Below are positions 1-9,233 of a stretch of DNA of 39,225 bases, one piece after another. Under the pieces are notes generated by a model. That model had not been told where the DNA came from and did not search any database. It saw only the letters and a program-made list of their open reading frames with translations. Origin of the DNA: a virus (lineage: Duplodnaviria > Heunggongvirae > Uroviricota > Caudoviricetes). Position numbers and translations under genes: made by a program. Each line of letters begins with the position of its first letter. Positions within the stretch are counted from its first letter, which is position 1. The stretch lies in IMG/VR virus record IMGVR_UViG_2574180019_000004, positions 1 to 39,225 of that record, one strand, 5' to 3'.

Positions 1-17
1 ATTGAGTGGGAATGATT
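1..17. repeat. attL core direct repeat attgagtgggaatgatt
   Basis: Exact 17-bp copy at 39209-39225; flanked by imperfect inverted repeat ggaatgatt (9-17) / aatcattcc (36-44). Confidence 0.8.
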
Positions 18-61
18 AACAGCTAACTCATAGCAAATCATTCCTATTCAGATGCCAACTC

Positions 62-95
62 AACCCTCTGTTTTTACAGAGGGTTTTTGTTTTTA
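62..95 (+). terminator. Rho-independent terminator (aaccctctg-ttttta-cagagggtt + T-run)
   Basis: 9-bp GC-containing stem, 6-nt loop, followed by tttttgttttt; lies between attL and int, could insulate int from read-in transcription. Confidence 0.6.
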
Positions 96-150
96 TGTAT
101 TCATTTCTATTCACTCTACACCATATTTTTCGGCGGTACAGGTGACGGTA

Positions 151-165
151 TTACCTTAAAGGTAT
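151..165. promoter_or_regulatory. Imperfect operator-like palindrome TTACCttaaaGGTAt upstream of int
   Basis: Matches 9 of 10 defined positions of the recurring TTACC-N5-GGTAA site; nested in inverted repeat gacggtat/ataccgtc (145-179). Confidence 0.4.
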
Positions 166-207
166 ACTCTCATACCGTCATGAAAATGGTTTCTATACGG
201 GTGAATT

Positions 208-1464
208 GTGCTTACCGATACAAAATTAAAAAACCTCAAGCCGCAGGACAAACTGTACAAGGTCTCCGATCGTGACGGGCTGTATGTAGCTGTGCTTACG
301 TCAGGCACGGTCTCGTTTCGCTATGACTACCGTATCAACGGTCGCCGCGAAACACTGGTAATCGGGCAGTATGGGCGTGACGGTATCAGCCTGGCAGAAG
401 CGCGAGAAGAACTGATTGCTGCAAAGAAGCTGCTTAAAGCAGGCCAGTCGCCGGCTGCGGCTAAACGTGACGGTATCAAAAAGATTCGTGGTGCCGAGAC
501 GTTTGCGGTACATACCGACAGTTATATGAAACACGTCATCCTGGCTGACAGTACCCGCGCAATGAAGCAGGCAGTGATCGACCGTGACATACTTCCTGTT
601 CTTGGCAACAAAATGATGGCTGAAATTACCACATCGATGGTTCGTGATTTGTGTGACCGGATTGTCGAACGCGGTGGTCGGGCAACAGCAGTGCAGGCCA
701 GGGAGATCATCAGCAGCGTATACCGTCACGCCAATGACCGTGGTCATGGTTTGTTTAATCCTGCGGCTGACATTAAACCTTCGTCTATCGCCATATTTAA
801 ACCACGAGAGCGAACACTGACACCAGAAGAAATTGGCCTGTTCTTCCGTACGCTGGATGCCATTGGTGCTATGGGCACTATGAAAATGGCTTTAAAGCTG
901 GTGCTTATCACTATGGTTCGTAAAGGCGAATTCACCAATGCAACGTGGGACGAAATAGATTTTAAAAAATGGACATGGACAATTCCTTCAGACCGCATGA
1001 AGGGAAGCCGGGCGCACGTTATTTACCTGCCTAAACAGGCACAGGATATATTGGTCGGGTTGCAGATGTGCGCTGGTGGAAGTGAATATCTGGTTCCTGG
1101 TCGTTACAACTTCCGGAAGCCATTATCTAATGCCGCTCTGAACTCTCTGATCGACAGAACGGTGAAAATAATAAATGAAGATGGTGAGCATATTCAGGAC
1201 TTCACCGTACATGATATGCGCCGTACAGCCAGTACGTTGTTGCATGAGGCTGGTTATCCTTCAGACTGGATTGAAAAGGCTCTGGCACATGAGCAGAAAG
1301 GTGTGCGCGCCGTATATAACAAAGCGGAATACGCCAGACAGCGCGCCTACATGTTGCAGCAGTGGGCCGATATGATTGATTCCTGGATTAACGGGGAGCA
1401 TACGGATCTGATTCCGTTCTCCCCGTCGAAGTTTGAGAGGTGGATGGAAGACAGTAATAAATAA
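208..1464 (+). CDS. int: Tyrosine-type site-specific integrase (P4-like family)
   Basis: 418-aa ORF adjacent to att repeat; GTG start at 208 preceded by GGGTGA; N-terminal arm-binding-like region and C-terminal HDMRRT / LAHE / Y-containing catalytic region typical of phage integrases. Confidence 0.9.
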   Translation: MLTDTKLKNLKPQDKLYKVSDRDGLYVAVLTSGTVSFRYDYRINGRRETLVIGQYGRDGISLAEAREELIAAKKLLKAGQSPAAAKRDGIKKIRGAETFAVHTDSYMKHVILADSTRAMKQAVIDRDILPVLGNKMMAEITTSMVRDLCDRIVERGGRATAVQAREIISSVYRHANDRGHGLFNPAADIKPSSIAIFKPRERTLTPEEIGLFFRTLDAIGAMGTMKMALKLVLITMVRKGEFTNATWDEIDFKKWTWTIPSDRMKGSRAHVIYLPKQAQDILVGLQMCAGGSEYLVPGRYNFRKPLSNAALNSLIDRTVKIINEDGEHIQDFTVHDMRRTASTLLHEAGYPSDWIEKALAHEQKGVRAVYNKAEYARQRAYMLQQWADMIDSWINGEHTDLIPFSPSKFERWMEDSNK

Positions 1465-1466
1465 TT

Positions 1467-2126
1467 CTATCCTTCCTGGACTTTGGTAAGCGTCAGATTT
1501 CCGCAGAACACTGCGCCGGTGTCGATGTACATCTGGTTTGCATACACCAGTGGGTGATGTGCTGGCGTATGACCGAAGATGAACAAATCGGCACCGGTTA
1601 TCTCCGAGACAATACCGTCCTGCGCGTCGCTAACCCGCTCACGATTCCATATCACCATTTCTTCTGGTACTGGCTTATCGAATGCGTATTCGTTGTGCGG
1701 GTAGTCTGCGTGACAGATGACGACCTTCTTATTGCCGGTAACCAGTTCGATAATCATCGGGAGGTTGGTAATCTTTGGCAGAAGGTATTTGAGTTGCACA
1801 TCCTGCTCAGAATCAAGTTGGTGCCACCATCCACCGCCGTTTGACATCCAATGTCCGAAACTTCCGCCGTTGACCAGTGCATCCAGCATCATCTGCTCAT
1901 GGTTGCCACGAACAGCTCGGAACCACGGCATAGTAATCAAATCCAGGCATTCGACGTTTTCAGCGCCGCGGTCAACAAGGTCACCAACGGAAATAAGTAA
2001 ATCGCGCGCCGGGTCGAATGAAACTTTGTCGAGTTCGTTCATCAGCAGCGTGTAGCACCCATGCAGATCGCCGACGACGAAGATATTGCACCAGTCAGCG
2101 CCATTGATGCGTTGATATAGGTTCAT
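1467..2126 (-). CDS. Serine/threonine protein phosphatase (lambda PPase / calcineurin-like metallophosphoesterase)
   Basis: GDLHGCY, GDLVDRG and GNHE metallophosphatase motifs; start taken at internal ATG (MNLYQRING...) which overlaps stop of upstream gene as ATGA. Confidence 0.85.
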   Translation of the reverse strand: MNLYQRINGADWCNIFVVGDLHGCYTLLMNELDKVSFDPARDLLISVGDLVDRGAENVECLDLITMPWFRAVRGNHEQMMLDALVNGGSFGHWMSNGGGWWHQLDSEQDVQLKYLLPKITNLPMIIELVTGNKKVVICHADYPHNEYAFDKPVPEEMVIWNRERVSDAQDGIVSEITGADLFIFGHTPAHHPLVYANQMYIDTGAVFCGNLTLTKVQEG

Positions 2127-2773
2127 GCTGCACGCTCCCGCCCCTGGTTGTCTATTGGTGACACCGGAGCATTGCTGAATGCATTTGTTAATCCGCCAAT
2201 ATCCAACGCGTATCCAGGGTGTAGTTGCACTGCCGGGTCTTCGCACTGATTACCCCAAACATCGAAGCCATGAGACGTCTGGCGGGCGAACAGTTCAATG
2301 CGAGAAACATCGCCTAACAATTGCACAAGTTTTTCACGAACGATATCTGGTTTTCTTGAGTGCTCAAGCCGCGGTGCGGTAAATGACTGAACGATCCCTG
2401 CATTAATGCGCGTAGGTAGTTTTCCCTTTACCGCAAACAGGCAATCTTCACTATTGGCGCGAGTCATGTGTCCCATACCCATAACCAGTTTATCTGGTTG
2501 TCGACTACCACATTTTATCCACGTGAAGCCCTTCATCGTCATCAGACGAAATCCCCAGGCTTCAACAACTTTTAGTGCTTCGAGTGGTTGTGTTGGCACC
2601 CACCACATGGCCAACAGACAGTTTTCAGCGGTCAAATCCCACACAGGAAGGCGGCAGATATCCAGCACACTCATAACTGGATATTTAAAACCGGCACCGC
2701 GATTACCATCTGCGGCTTTGTCCCGGTATACCCAGGGTGGATCTGCATAGATTAGTGTGTATTTCTTAGTCAT
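2123..2773 (-). CDS. DNA N6-adenine methyltransferase (MT-A70-like, orphan)
   Basis: DPPW catalytic motif near N-terminus ([16 protein letters not shown]); no adjacent restriction endonuclease ORF; translationally coupled to phosphatase gene. Confidence 0.85.
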   Translation of the reverse strand: MTKKYTLIYADPPWVYRDKAADGNRGAGFKYPVMSVLDICRLPVWDLTAENCLLAMWWVPTQPLEALKVVEAWGFRLMTMKGFTWIKCGSRQPDKLVMGMGHMTRANSEDCLFAVKGKLPTRINAGIVQSFTAPRLEHSRKPDIVREKLVQLLGDVSRIELFARQTSHGFDVWGNQCEDPAVQLHPGYALDIGGLTNAFSNAPVSPIDNQGRERAA

Positions 2774-3017
2774 AAACCACCCCACAACATCTTATGCCGC
2801 TATAGTCGCCACGGCGAAGGCCGTTACCTTTTGTGATACATTGGTCCCTGCGAACCGCGATCCTTGCACGTTCAACATCACCAGAAGCAACATCCATACA
2901 CTGAAGCCAAAGGTGAGCGGCAATGCGGAACTGCCCTTTTTTCTCTCTTTCAATCGCGCGTTTTTCGATCTCTATCGCCGCAGGAGTAACGGCGACAATC
3001 TTTGACGGACTGCGCAT
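2766..3017 (-). CDS. Hypothetical early protein (83 aa from ATG at 3017)
   Basis: ORF in leftward operon; AAGGT 5 nt upstream of ATG 3017; no recognisable motif; start uncertain. Confidence 0.4.
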   Translation of the reverse strand: MRSPSKIVAVTPAAIEIEKRAIEREKKGQFRIAAHLWLQCMDVASGDVERARIAVRRDQCITKGNGLRRGDYSGIRCCGVVYD

Positions 3018-3174
3018 TGAAACCTTATTCATGTGATATTTTTCAAGTCGGCTTAACTTTCTCACTTAATCCAACCCTCTCTGAAAATTAATGTCAGCAG
3101 ATAAAGCCATGCTGAAACAGAGGCCAGGAATAAGTACCATCCTGACCATTTGCTCCAGTGCCTTAGCAGCGCAC

Positions 3175-3423
3175 TCATGCAGCGTTGCTCACGGGACGAT
3201 ATACACGTTGCTGAACAGGAGGTTTTTTACCCTGGAACTCTGCCGGGCTTGCTGCCTGACGTTCATCAAGCCAACGCTCAACTTCATCACGGTTCCATGC
3301 GCAGCGTTTATCGGTGATATACCAGCGTTTAGGAAATTCCCCTGCGCGCTCCATACGGTCGATAGTGCTCCATGACAGTGGCACCACCGCCAGGAGTTCC
3401 TTCTTACCTAATGCACCTTTCAT
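3175..3423 (-). CDS. AlpA-like phage transcriptional regulator / excisionase-like HTH protein
   Basis: 82-aa protein with AlpA-family signature around STIDRMERAGEFPKR; position in early operon. Confidence 0.7.
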   Translation of the reverse strand: MKGALGKKELLAVVPLSWSTIDRMERAGEFPKRWYITDKRCAWNRDEVERWLDERQAASPAEFQGKKPPVQQRVYRPVSNAA

Positions 3424-3472
3424 AAATACCTCTCTTGGTTGCAGTGCGGCGCGCGTGGCGCCGCGGTGGTGG

Positions 3473-4354
3473 TTACATAGATGTTTCGTTTAATTCTTCC
3501 CGACGAACGCTGTAAACGTCGGTGGCTTTTGCCAGCAGTTCGTCATCATCTGAAAGTTTTTGTGCAATGTATTTGTAAGCCTTATCCAGTTCGGAGACAG
3601 TGCTGTAATTCATCGCTGCGCTGGTAAAGGCCATCAGCATTTCTTCTGGATCACGGCTATCCGCTTTACGCGTTTGCTCATCAGGCTTTTTCGCTGGTTT
3701 AGCGTTGATCAGACTGTTCATTCCCGCAGCAGTGGTCGTTTGCGGAGTAATGTCTCGCTCAACGCGCGGTGCCGTTTCCTGTAATTCGTCAGGGGTGTAA
3801 ACACCGAGAAGTACATCAGGAGCGTGCAGTCGAGCCCATCGTTTCGTGCAAAGATAGGCAAGTTGCTGGCGCGGATCCTGTTCCCACAATGGAGAGTTAC
3901 GCACTCCGGCTTGCGCCATACTGATGGTAAGCTCACGGGGTTCTGCTTCTCCTTTAAGAACCGCTGACACAGTTACCGTCAGATTCGGTGATTTATCTGT
4001 TTTGCCGTTAACATTCGACCAGTCACCGCTCCAGCGATAATTCAGGCGTGTCGCTAGCAGGCTGGAAGAGGATACGACCGCGTTTACCAACTGTGCTTCG
4101 TAGCCTAACGTTCCGTTTACCACATGCGTTTTTTGCGCCACGGCGAAAGGGTTCATTCCCCACTGTGCCGCCTGCATGGTCACCGCCAGACAATCGGCAG
4201 GTTTGCCTTCAAGATGTTTCGGTACAGTCGCTTTGCTTTGTGACATCAACTCCGCGAAACGCACCAGTTGATTCATGCCCTCCGGGCTGAAGATTGCCGC
4301 AGCAGTACCTACAGTTGCGCCTGGTTGTGATGTGATTGCGATATCATTGCTCAT
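3473..4354 (-). CDS. recT: RecT-family single-strand annealing recombinase
   Basis: 293-aa protein with RecT-like core (AQWGMNPF... region); ATGA overlap with upstream exonuclease gene, the classical exo-recT pair. Confidence 0.85.
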   Translation of the reverse strand: MSNDIAITSQPGATVGTAAAIFSPEGMNQLVRFAELMSQSKATVPKHLEGKPADCLAVTMQAAQWGMNPFAVAQKTHVVNGTLGYEAQLVNAVVSSSSLLATRLNYRWSGDWSNVNGKTDKSPNLTVTVSAVLKGEAEPRELTISMAQAGVRNSPLWEQDPRQQLAYLCTKRWARLHAPDVLLGVYTPDELQETAPRVERDITPQTTTAAGMNSLINAKPAKKPDEQTRKADSRDPEEMLMAFTSAAMNYSTVSELDKAYKYIAQKLSDDDELLAKATDVYSVRREELNETSM

Positions 4355-5172
4355 ACGTACATATCCTGTTTACGTGCCCAGTCAGGGCGTTTAATAATTT
4401 CCACTCCGCCCCACTCATCGTTGATGCGGCATTCGTGATAGGTATTCAGATCCCGGCGGAACAGAGCGTGCCCGGCATCGACATCCGGCGCATCCAGCTC
4501 GAACACGCGTACCGGATACCGACCACAATCAATGCTTTCGCTCACGGCAAGAAAGAAAAAACCATGCGGCTGACCAGTAACCTTCATTGCGCCTTCGCGG
4601 TACATTGCGTCCTGCACGTGGTAGCGGAATTCCTCGATGTGGCGTGCAAAACGGTCCATATCTGCAACCTTTTTCACGTCGACGATCACGTTGTGCTCGT
4701 TCAGCCATTTGTCTGGACGAATGCGGCACAACTCACCAGTCTCTTCATCGTTCCAGTACATTGATGCTTCGTAGCAACCAGGTGCTTCCAGCATCCAGCG
4801 TGCCGCCGGGTGAGCCATTGCGCTATCACGCATCAGCTCCAGTTTCCGCCACTGCTCGGCATCAAGTACCGCAATCCCCATATCCGCTACATCACGAAGA
4901 AATGCTTCTTCGTCAGCTTTACCTTGTTTCGTCCGACGATCGAACTTTGGTGAAACAATGAAGCGTTTGTCGAATTCTCCAGGTTCCAGAAGCAGACAGT
5001 GCAATGCAGTTCCCATATCTAGTGCAGACTTTTTCTCTTCGTCTTCTGGTGCTGACTGAACCCATTTAAGAAGCGCCGGATTCTTGGCAACCATGTCCAG
5101 TTGCGACTTACTCACGCCGTCACCGGCGTGGTAGTCTTCGTTGCTGATGTCGAAATAAATTCCCGGTTTCAT
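4351..5172 (-). CDS. Recombination exonuclease (RecE / exonuclease VIII-like PD-(D/E)XK nuclease)
   Basis: 273-aa ORF immediately upstream of and translationally coupled to recT; sequence resembles prophage exodeoxyribonuclease VIII C-terminal domains. Confidence 0.75.
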   Translation of the reverse strand: MKPGIYFDISNEDYHAGDGVSKSQLDMVAKNPALLKWVQSAPEDEEKKSALDMGTALHCLLLEPGEFDKRFIVSPKFDRRTKQGKADEEAFLRDVADMGIAVLDAEQWRKLELMRDSAMAHPAARWMLEAPGCYEASMYWNDEETGELCRIRPDKWLNEHNVIVDVKKVADMDRFARHIEEFRYHVQDAMYREGAMKVTGQPHGFFFLAVSESIDCGRYPVRVFELDAPDVDAGHALFRRDLNTYHECRINDEWGGVEIIKRPDWARKQDMYV

Positions 5173-5468
5173 GCCGCGTCCTTCTGTCCATCAAGCTGAT
5201 CCGCCAGATCCCAGCGGGCGATAATTGCCATTGCCTCTCGCCGATATGCATCCATCAGTTCTTCGAACTCAGGGCTGTCTTTAGCAGCCTCCAGTACTTC
5301 CTGACGAACGCCTTTGCCTGTTACAACGTCGAAAGTTGAGGACAGTTGATGAAGCCGGATACTCTCAATCAGTTCAACTTGTCGGTCATATAGCTGTTCT
5401 GACAGGCGGTAGTCCTTGTCGAATGCCAGCATGATTTTTTGAAGATTTTTCTGCTGATTAACGTTCAT
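5169..5468 (-). CDS. Hypothetical early protein (99 aa, start MNVNQQ)
   Basis: ATG at 5468 preceded by GGGAGGG; stop overlaps exonuclease start; no motif recognised. Confidence 0.5.
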   Translation of the reverse strand: MNVNQQKNLQKIMLAFDKDYRLSEQLYDRQVELIESIRLHQLSSTFDVVTGKGVRQEVLEAAKDSPEFEELMDAYRREAMAIIARWDLADQLDGQKDAA

Positions 5469-5470
5469 TA

Positions 5471-5623
5471 TCAGCCCTCCCATATCTCGTTATCGTTGGC
5501 CACATCGCGAGCTTCTTTGCTGACGAAAGCCCACTTAATACCTTCCTGTAAGGTGCGGAACTTCCAGCTCATGAATCCGCATGCAGTAACGCAGTACCAA
5601 CCGTTGATGATTTTCCACTGCAT
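5471..5623 (-). CDS. Small Trp-rich protein (50 aa), first gene of leftward early operon
   Basis: Hand-translated MQWKIINGWYCVTACGFMSWKFRTLQEGIKWAFVSKEARDVANDNEIWEG; GAGGT 8 nt upstream of ATG; operator palindromes directly upstream; below ORF-track length cutoff. Confidence 0.4.
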   Translation of the reverse strand: MQWKIINGWYCVTACGFMSWKFRTLQEGIKWAFVSKEARDVANDNEIWEG

Positions 5624-5642
5624 AATTTGTTACCTCGGTCTG

Positions 5643-5719
5643 TTACCGTTGAGGTAATAATTATGCGTATTTGGTTTGGTGTCAATAGATATGAGTTAAA
5701 AAAATTACCCGTTAGGTAA
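5643..5719. promoter_or_regulatory. Left operator region (OL-like): two perfect TTACC-N5-GGTAA palindromes
   Basis: TTACCgttgaGGTAA at 5643-5657 and TTACCcgttaGGTAA at 5705-5719, plus extra TGTTACC half-site at 5628-5634; between repressor gene and leftward operon. Confidence 0.6.
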
Positions 5720-5730
5720 TCGAACAGGCA

Positions 5731-5756
5731 ATAAAAAAGCCGCCAGAAGGCGGCTT
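5731..5756 (-). terminator. Rho-independent terminator downstream of repressor gene (also weak on + strand)
   Basis: gccgcc-agaa-ggcggc hairpin; on minus strand followed by T-run (plus-strand aaaaaa at 5733-5738). Confidence 0.6.
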
Positions 5757-5776
5757 ACTTACTGAAAAATATGATT

Positions 5777-6361
5777 TTATTGTTTGTTTTTTTCGTTCTG
5801 GTTGATGACAAATTCAATGTAACTTTCGATCTTTGCTTTCTCGGTTTCGGGTAACAATGCGTAGCGCGAGCGGTCATAGTTGATGGTCGCAGGGTCGTGC
5901 GGGTGAATCAGTAATTCATAGCCGTGACGCCCGAATGCGGATGCAACATTCTCCAGGGTGGAAATGGAAACGCTGACCTCATTGTTTAACAGGCGGCTGA
6001 TTGTCACCTGGGCGACGCCGGATGCGCGGTGAAGTTTTCCCTGCGTTGAAAGGTCGCGGCTTTCGCTCATCCAGCGTTCCAGGTTGTGAGCCGCCAGTTG
6101 ACCAATGTCGCTTGGTCCGACAGGCTGAAAACCTTCCTGAGAAAGCGAGCGATCGATATCAAGCCAGTTACGGGGTTTATTGGCGGCAGCTTCAATTTTT
6201 CGCGCAACCTGGTCGCCGATAACCTTCTTGCCAAGAGCCCAGCGGTTTACCAGATTTGCCTGAGTTCCAAGTTTTTCTGCCATCCGCGTCTGAACACCAT
6301 TGAATTCACGGTCGATCAAGTCGTTGAGATTTTGCCTGCGGACGTCCTGGATACTTTTCAT
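5777..6361 (-). CDS. Prophage repressor, tandem HTH (XRE-like), no obvious autocleavage domain
   Basis: 194 aa; two HTH-like segments (around LGTQANLVNRWALGKK and SGVAQVTISRLLNNEVSVSISTLENVA); flanked on both sides by the recurring palindrome; divergent from Cro-like gene. Confidence 0.7.
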   Translation of the reverse strand: MKSIQDVRRQNLNDLIDREFNGVQTRMAEKLGTQANLVNRWALGKKVIGDQVARKIEAAANKPRNWLDIDRSLSQEGFQPVGPSDIGQLAAHNLERWMSESRDLSTQGKLHRASGVAQVTISRLLNNEVSVSISTLENVASAFGRHGYELLIHPHDPATINYDRSRYALLPETEKAKIESYIEFVINQNEKNKQ

Positions 6362-6416
6362 TTTCTGGAAAATCGCCTCATATATGAATCAGTAGATGAT
6401 TCAATTTAAAGCAATA

Positions 6417-6479
6417 TTACCCAACAGGTAAATGCACCCCATAGGTAACTATCCTTGATTTTTGTTACCTTATGGGTGA
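6417..6479. promoter_or_regulatory. Right operator region (OR-like), tripartite
   Basis: Perfect TTACCcaacaGGTAA 6417-6431; variant cACCccataGGTAA 6435-6448; imperfect TTACCttatgGGTgA 6465-6479; lies between repressor and cro-like starts. Confidence 0.6.
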
Positions 6480-6515
6480 ATATTTATTATCTGAAATAAA
6501 TATCAGGCAATAGCT

Positions 6516-6746
6516 ATGAGCGATAACGGACATTTCGATTTCAAAAAGCACTGGCTTGCACTTACTCCGGATGAGCGTGAAGCCTTCGCACAGGAAGCCG
6601 GAACGACGAGTCACTATATCCAGACTCACTTAACAGGTAAGCGCAAAATGCCAGGTAAAGTATTGATGAATGGGCTTTTTAAAGCCTGTAAATCAAGACA
6701 ATGGTTGCGCTCAAAAGCAGAACTGGCATACTTCTTCTACTCATGA
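6516..6746 (+). CDS. Cro-like small DNA-binding regulator
   Basis: 76-aa basic protein divergent from repressor; HTH-like segment EAGTTSHYIQTHLTGKRKMPGKVL. Confidence 0.6.
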   Translation: MSDNGHFDFKKHWLALTPDEREAFAQEAGTTSHYIQTHLTGKRKMPGKVLMNGLFKACKSRQWLRSKAELAYFFYS

Positions 6747-6767
6747 TATCCAGCCACAACCCTCTGT

Positions 6768-6791
6768 AGACCGCCATCCGGCGGTCTTTTC
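6768..6791 (+). terminator. Rho-independent terminator after cro-like gene (tR1-like position)
   Basis: agaccgcc-atcc-ggcggtct followed by tttt. Confidence 0.65.
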
Positions 6792-6896
6792 ATATCTATT
6801 CGCACCTCAAAGGTAATAAAAAACCAAATCTGGTTGATCTTTTTTTTGTGTCAGCACAAAATAACCGTAATCCCAATACTAATAACAGGGCTTACC

Positions 6897-7097
6897 ATGG
6901 AAATCATTACACGTATTGATGCCGCAAATCGCGGACTTAAACGCTACTACACCGGAAAACCATGTAAGCACGGACATGACAGTGAACGCTGGGTTTACAA
7001 CGGACACTGTGTTGAGTGCACCATGGAATCAAACCGTCGCATCAGGGCAGAGATTAAGCAGATCATGATTAATTCCTCCCCACAACATTCAAGCTGA
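6897..7097 (+). CDS. Small zinc-finger protein (C-x-H-x-H ... C-x2-C), cII-position hypothetical
   Basis: MEIITRIDAANRGLKRYYTGKPCKHGHDSERWVYNGHCVEC; start chosen at internal ATG; variant operator gcACCtcaaaGGTAA at 6802-6816 upstream. Confidence 0.45.
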   Translation: MEIITRIDAANRGLKRYYTGKPCKHGHDSERWVYNGHCVECTMESNRRIRAEIKQIMINSSPQHSS

Positions 7098-7112
7098 TAG
7101 CGGAGATTAATC

Positions 7113-7928
7113 ATGAGCAGACATGCAACAGATTGGGCCTGGGAGACAGATCCAGGTAGCTCGTCATTAAAGCTCATACTGCTCTCGATGGCTGACAGAG
7201 CCGATGAATATAACCTCTGCTACCCCAGCATAGAACGCCTCGTTAAAGACACTTGCCTGAATAAAAAAACCGTGCAGGCCGGGCTTATATCGCTCATGAA
7301 AATGGGGCTTATTTCAGATACCGGAGAGAGAAAGGGAGCGACGAAAAGAGTGCGGGTTTTCTCTCTTAATATAACCAAAAACGGGAACATTAAAGGCAAC
7401 CGGGAAGGGAGCAATGAACCCGAAAACGGTAATGTTACCGAAAACGGGAATATACCCAAAAACGGGATGTTGAATGATCCCAAAAACGGGATGTTGAATG
7501 ATCCCAAAAACGGGATCCAGAACCAGTCATATAACCAGTCATTTAACCAAGAGAGGGAGAGCAGGACAAAAAGCGGGGATTCTGTGCCTCATGACCCCGG
7601 CGCAAACAACGCCGTGATGAATAACTTTGTTCCTCCTGGTGGGCCAGGGCAATTAGGCAAATTTGTCATGCATGAACAATGGCAGCCATCAGATGACTTT
7701 CTTCGGAAAAGCTCCTTGCAGGGGATCTACCTGGACAGTCTGCCAACGGCACAGGAACTTGCAGAGTTCAGAATTTACTGGATGGCTGAGGGTAAGGCAT
7801 ACCATCAGGCACAGTGGGAGCAGAAGCTGGCAAGGCGGCTGCAGATTAGCAGACAGAAGCAATCAACATTACCTGATAACAACGTTCCGCACTGGAACAG
7901 CCCTGAAGCGTGGGAGGATTTCTTGTGA
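7113..7928 (+). CDS. Replication initiator (lambda O-like) containing internal iterons
   Basis: N-terminal winged-helix-like region (LKLILLSMADRADEY...TVQAGLISLMKMGLI); internal ENGN/KNGM repeats encoded by DNA iterons; followed by P-like gene with GTGA overlap. Confidence 0.65.
   Translation: MSRHATDWAWETDPGSSSLKLILLSMADRADEYNLCYPSIERLVKDTCLNKKTVQAGLISLMKMGLISDTGERKGATKRVRVFSLNITKNGNIKGNREGSNEPENGNVTENGNIPKNGMLNDPKNGMLNDPKNGIQNQSYNQSFNQERESRTKSGDSVPHDPGANNAVMNNFVPPGGPGQLGKFVMHEQWQPSDDFLRKSSLQGIYLDSLPTAQELAEFRIYWMAEGKAYHQAQWEQKLARRLQISRQKQSTLPDNNVPHWNSPEAWEDFL
7374..7517. repeat. Iteron array (candidate origin of replication) inside O-like gene
   Basis: Six copies of CCnAAAACGG(G/T)AA at 7374, 7419, 7438, 7455, 7479, 7503, including perfect 24-bp tandem cccaaaaacgggatgttgaatgat x2; followed by direct repeat aaccagtcat(a/t)taacc. 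Confidence 0.7.
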
Positions 7929-8710
7929 ACAACGTTTTTACCGCGATACAAAACCGTGACGGAGAAGCCCTTTCTCGCATGTCAGGTTATGAGCATCAGT
8001 ACGTCAACAATGACAATGTGGTGAACATGTCAGCAGAGAGGCTTGTTGATGCCCTTTTCAAACAGCTGAAACAACTGTTTCCGGCGGCAGTGGTAACCAA
8101 CCTGAAGACGCCAGAGCAGGAAGTTGCTGCAAAACAGCAGTGGATTGCTGCGTTTGCCGAAGGGGGAATACGTACCCGTGAACAGGTTTCTGCTGGTATG
8201 CGCCACGCCCGCGCCAGTGAATCTCCGTTCTGGCCGTCGCCAGGGCAATTCATCAAGTGGTGTAAAGACAGCAAGATGGTTCTTGGCGTCACCATTGACG
8301 ATGTGATGGCGGAGTTTCACCGGTACAGCAAGGAAAAAAGTTTATATCCTGGTGGTCCCGAAAGATTCCCGTGGCGGCATCCGGTTATGTACTGGGTCGT
8401 ATGTGATACACGCCGTGCAATGTATCAGCGCCAGCTTAGCGAGATTGAGGTTGAGAAACACGCGCGCAGGCTGCTCGATGATTGGGCGAAAAAGGTGGCT
8501 TCCGGACAGCAGATACCCGATCCGGTGATCAGCATACAGGCAAAGCCAGAGCCCATGAGTACACCTCCGGACACAGGGAGAGACGTTTACCATCCACCAG
8601 GGCGAAGTTTCGGGTGCATGCCTAACGCCGCCACCCTTGGGGGAATAACACCGGCGCAGTGGCTGATGGAGGAATACAGGCGGGGAAAGGCGGCAGGATT
8701 TATCAAGTAA
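7925..8710 (+). CDS. Replication protein P-like (DnaB helicase loader)
   Basis: Matches remembered lambda P segments (SPFWPSPGQFIKWCKD vs lambda RPFLPSPGQFVAWCRE; MRHARAS vs MRVARRQ); GTG start 7925 after GGGAGGA. Confidence 0.85.
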   Translation: MNNVFTAIQNRDGEALSRMSGYEHQYVNNDNVVNMSAERLVDALFKQLKQLFPAAVVTNLKTPEQEVAAKQQWIAAFAEGGIRTREQVSAGMRHARASESPFWPSPGQFIKWCKDSKMVLGVTIDDVMAEFHRYSKEKSLYPGGPERFPWRHPVMYWVVCDTRRAMYQRQLSEIEVEKHARRLLDDWAKKVASGQQIPDPVISIQAKPEPMSTPPDTGRDVYHPPGRSFGCMPNAATLGGITPAQWLMEEYRRGKAAGFIK

Positions 8711-8747
8711 TACCAGCGCGATAGCGCATTTTTTTACGCCTCAATAA

Positions 8748-8824
8748 TTACCTATGAGGTAACAAAATATTCTAAGCTCTATTGATTTTGTGTCTTATGT
8801 GGTTTTTAATTACCTTAGAGGTAA
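8748..8824. promoter_or_regulatory. Two perfect operator palindromes upstream of accessory/late operon
   Basis: TTACCtatgaGGTAA 8748-8762 and TTACCttagaGGTAA 8810-8824 (second overlaps RBS of gene at 8828); ATGTGGTT motif at 8797. Confidence 0.6.
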
Positions 8825-8827
8825 ATC

Positions 8828-9172
8828 ATGAGAAAACAGATACAGGCTCTTGGTCGACTCAAAACAGGCCAGATGAACAAAACAGAATCTGCGTATTGCC
8901 AGCACCTTGAGCAGCGTAAACGTGCAGGGGAAATCGTCTGGTATCGATTTGAGGGTATCAAGCTGCGGTTAGCTGACAACACGTTCTATACGCCCGATTT
9001 TGCTGTGATGCTCGCCACCGGCGAGATGGAACTGCACGAAGTGAAAGGTTTCTGGACCGACGACGCCAGGGTGAAAACCAAAGTCGCCGCAGATCAGTAT
9101 CCGTTCCGAATCATCGGGGTAACGGTTAAACCAAAGAAAGCAGGTGGTGGCTGGAACATCGAAGAGTTCTGA
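8828..9172 (+). CDS. DUF1064-like protein, possible PD-(D/E)XK-type nuclease
   Basis: 114 aa; D...E-x-K pattern (YTPDFAV ... ELHEVKG); identification from memory of family, not verified. Confidence 0.5.
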   Translation: MRKQIQALGRLKTGQMNKTESAYCQHLEQRKRAGEIVWYRFEGIKLRLADNTFYTPDFAVMLATGEMELHEVKGFWTDDARVKTKVAADQYPFRIIGVTVKPKKAGGGWNIEEF

Positions 9173-9233
9173 ATCGACGATCTTTTTAGTTATCAATGTA
9201 ATCAATAAGTTATGTGGATAAGCGAGGGTAAAG

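Noticed and set aside
301-998. Minus-strand ORFs (301-747, 522-710, 744-998) inside the integrase gene
   Set aside because: They overlap a well-supported integrase reading frame on the opposite strand, with no RBS or recognisable motifs; typical antisense artefacts
8714-8735. Possible terminator after the P-like gene (agcgc-gata-gcgc + T7)
   Set aside because: Stem is only 4-5 bp; the T-run is strong but the hairpin is too weak to call confidently
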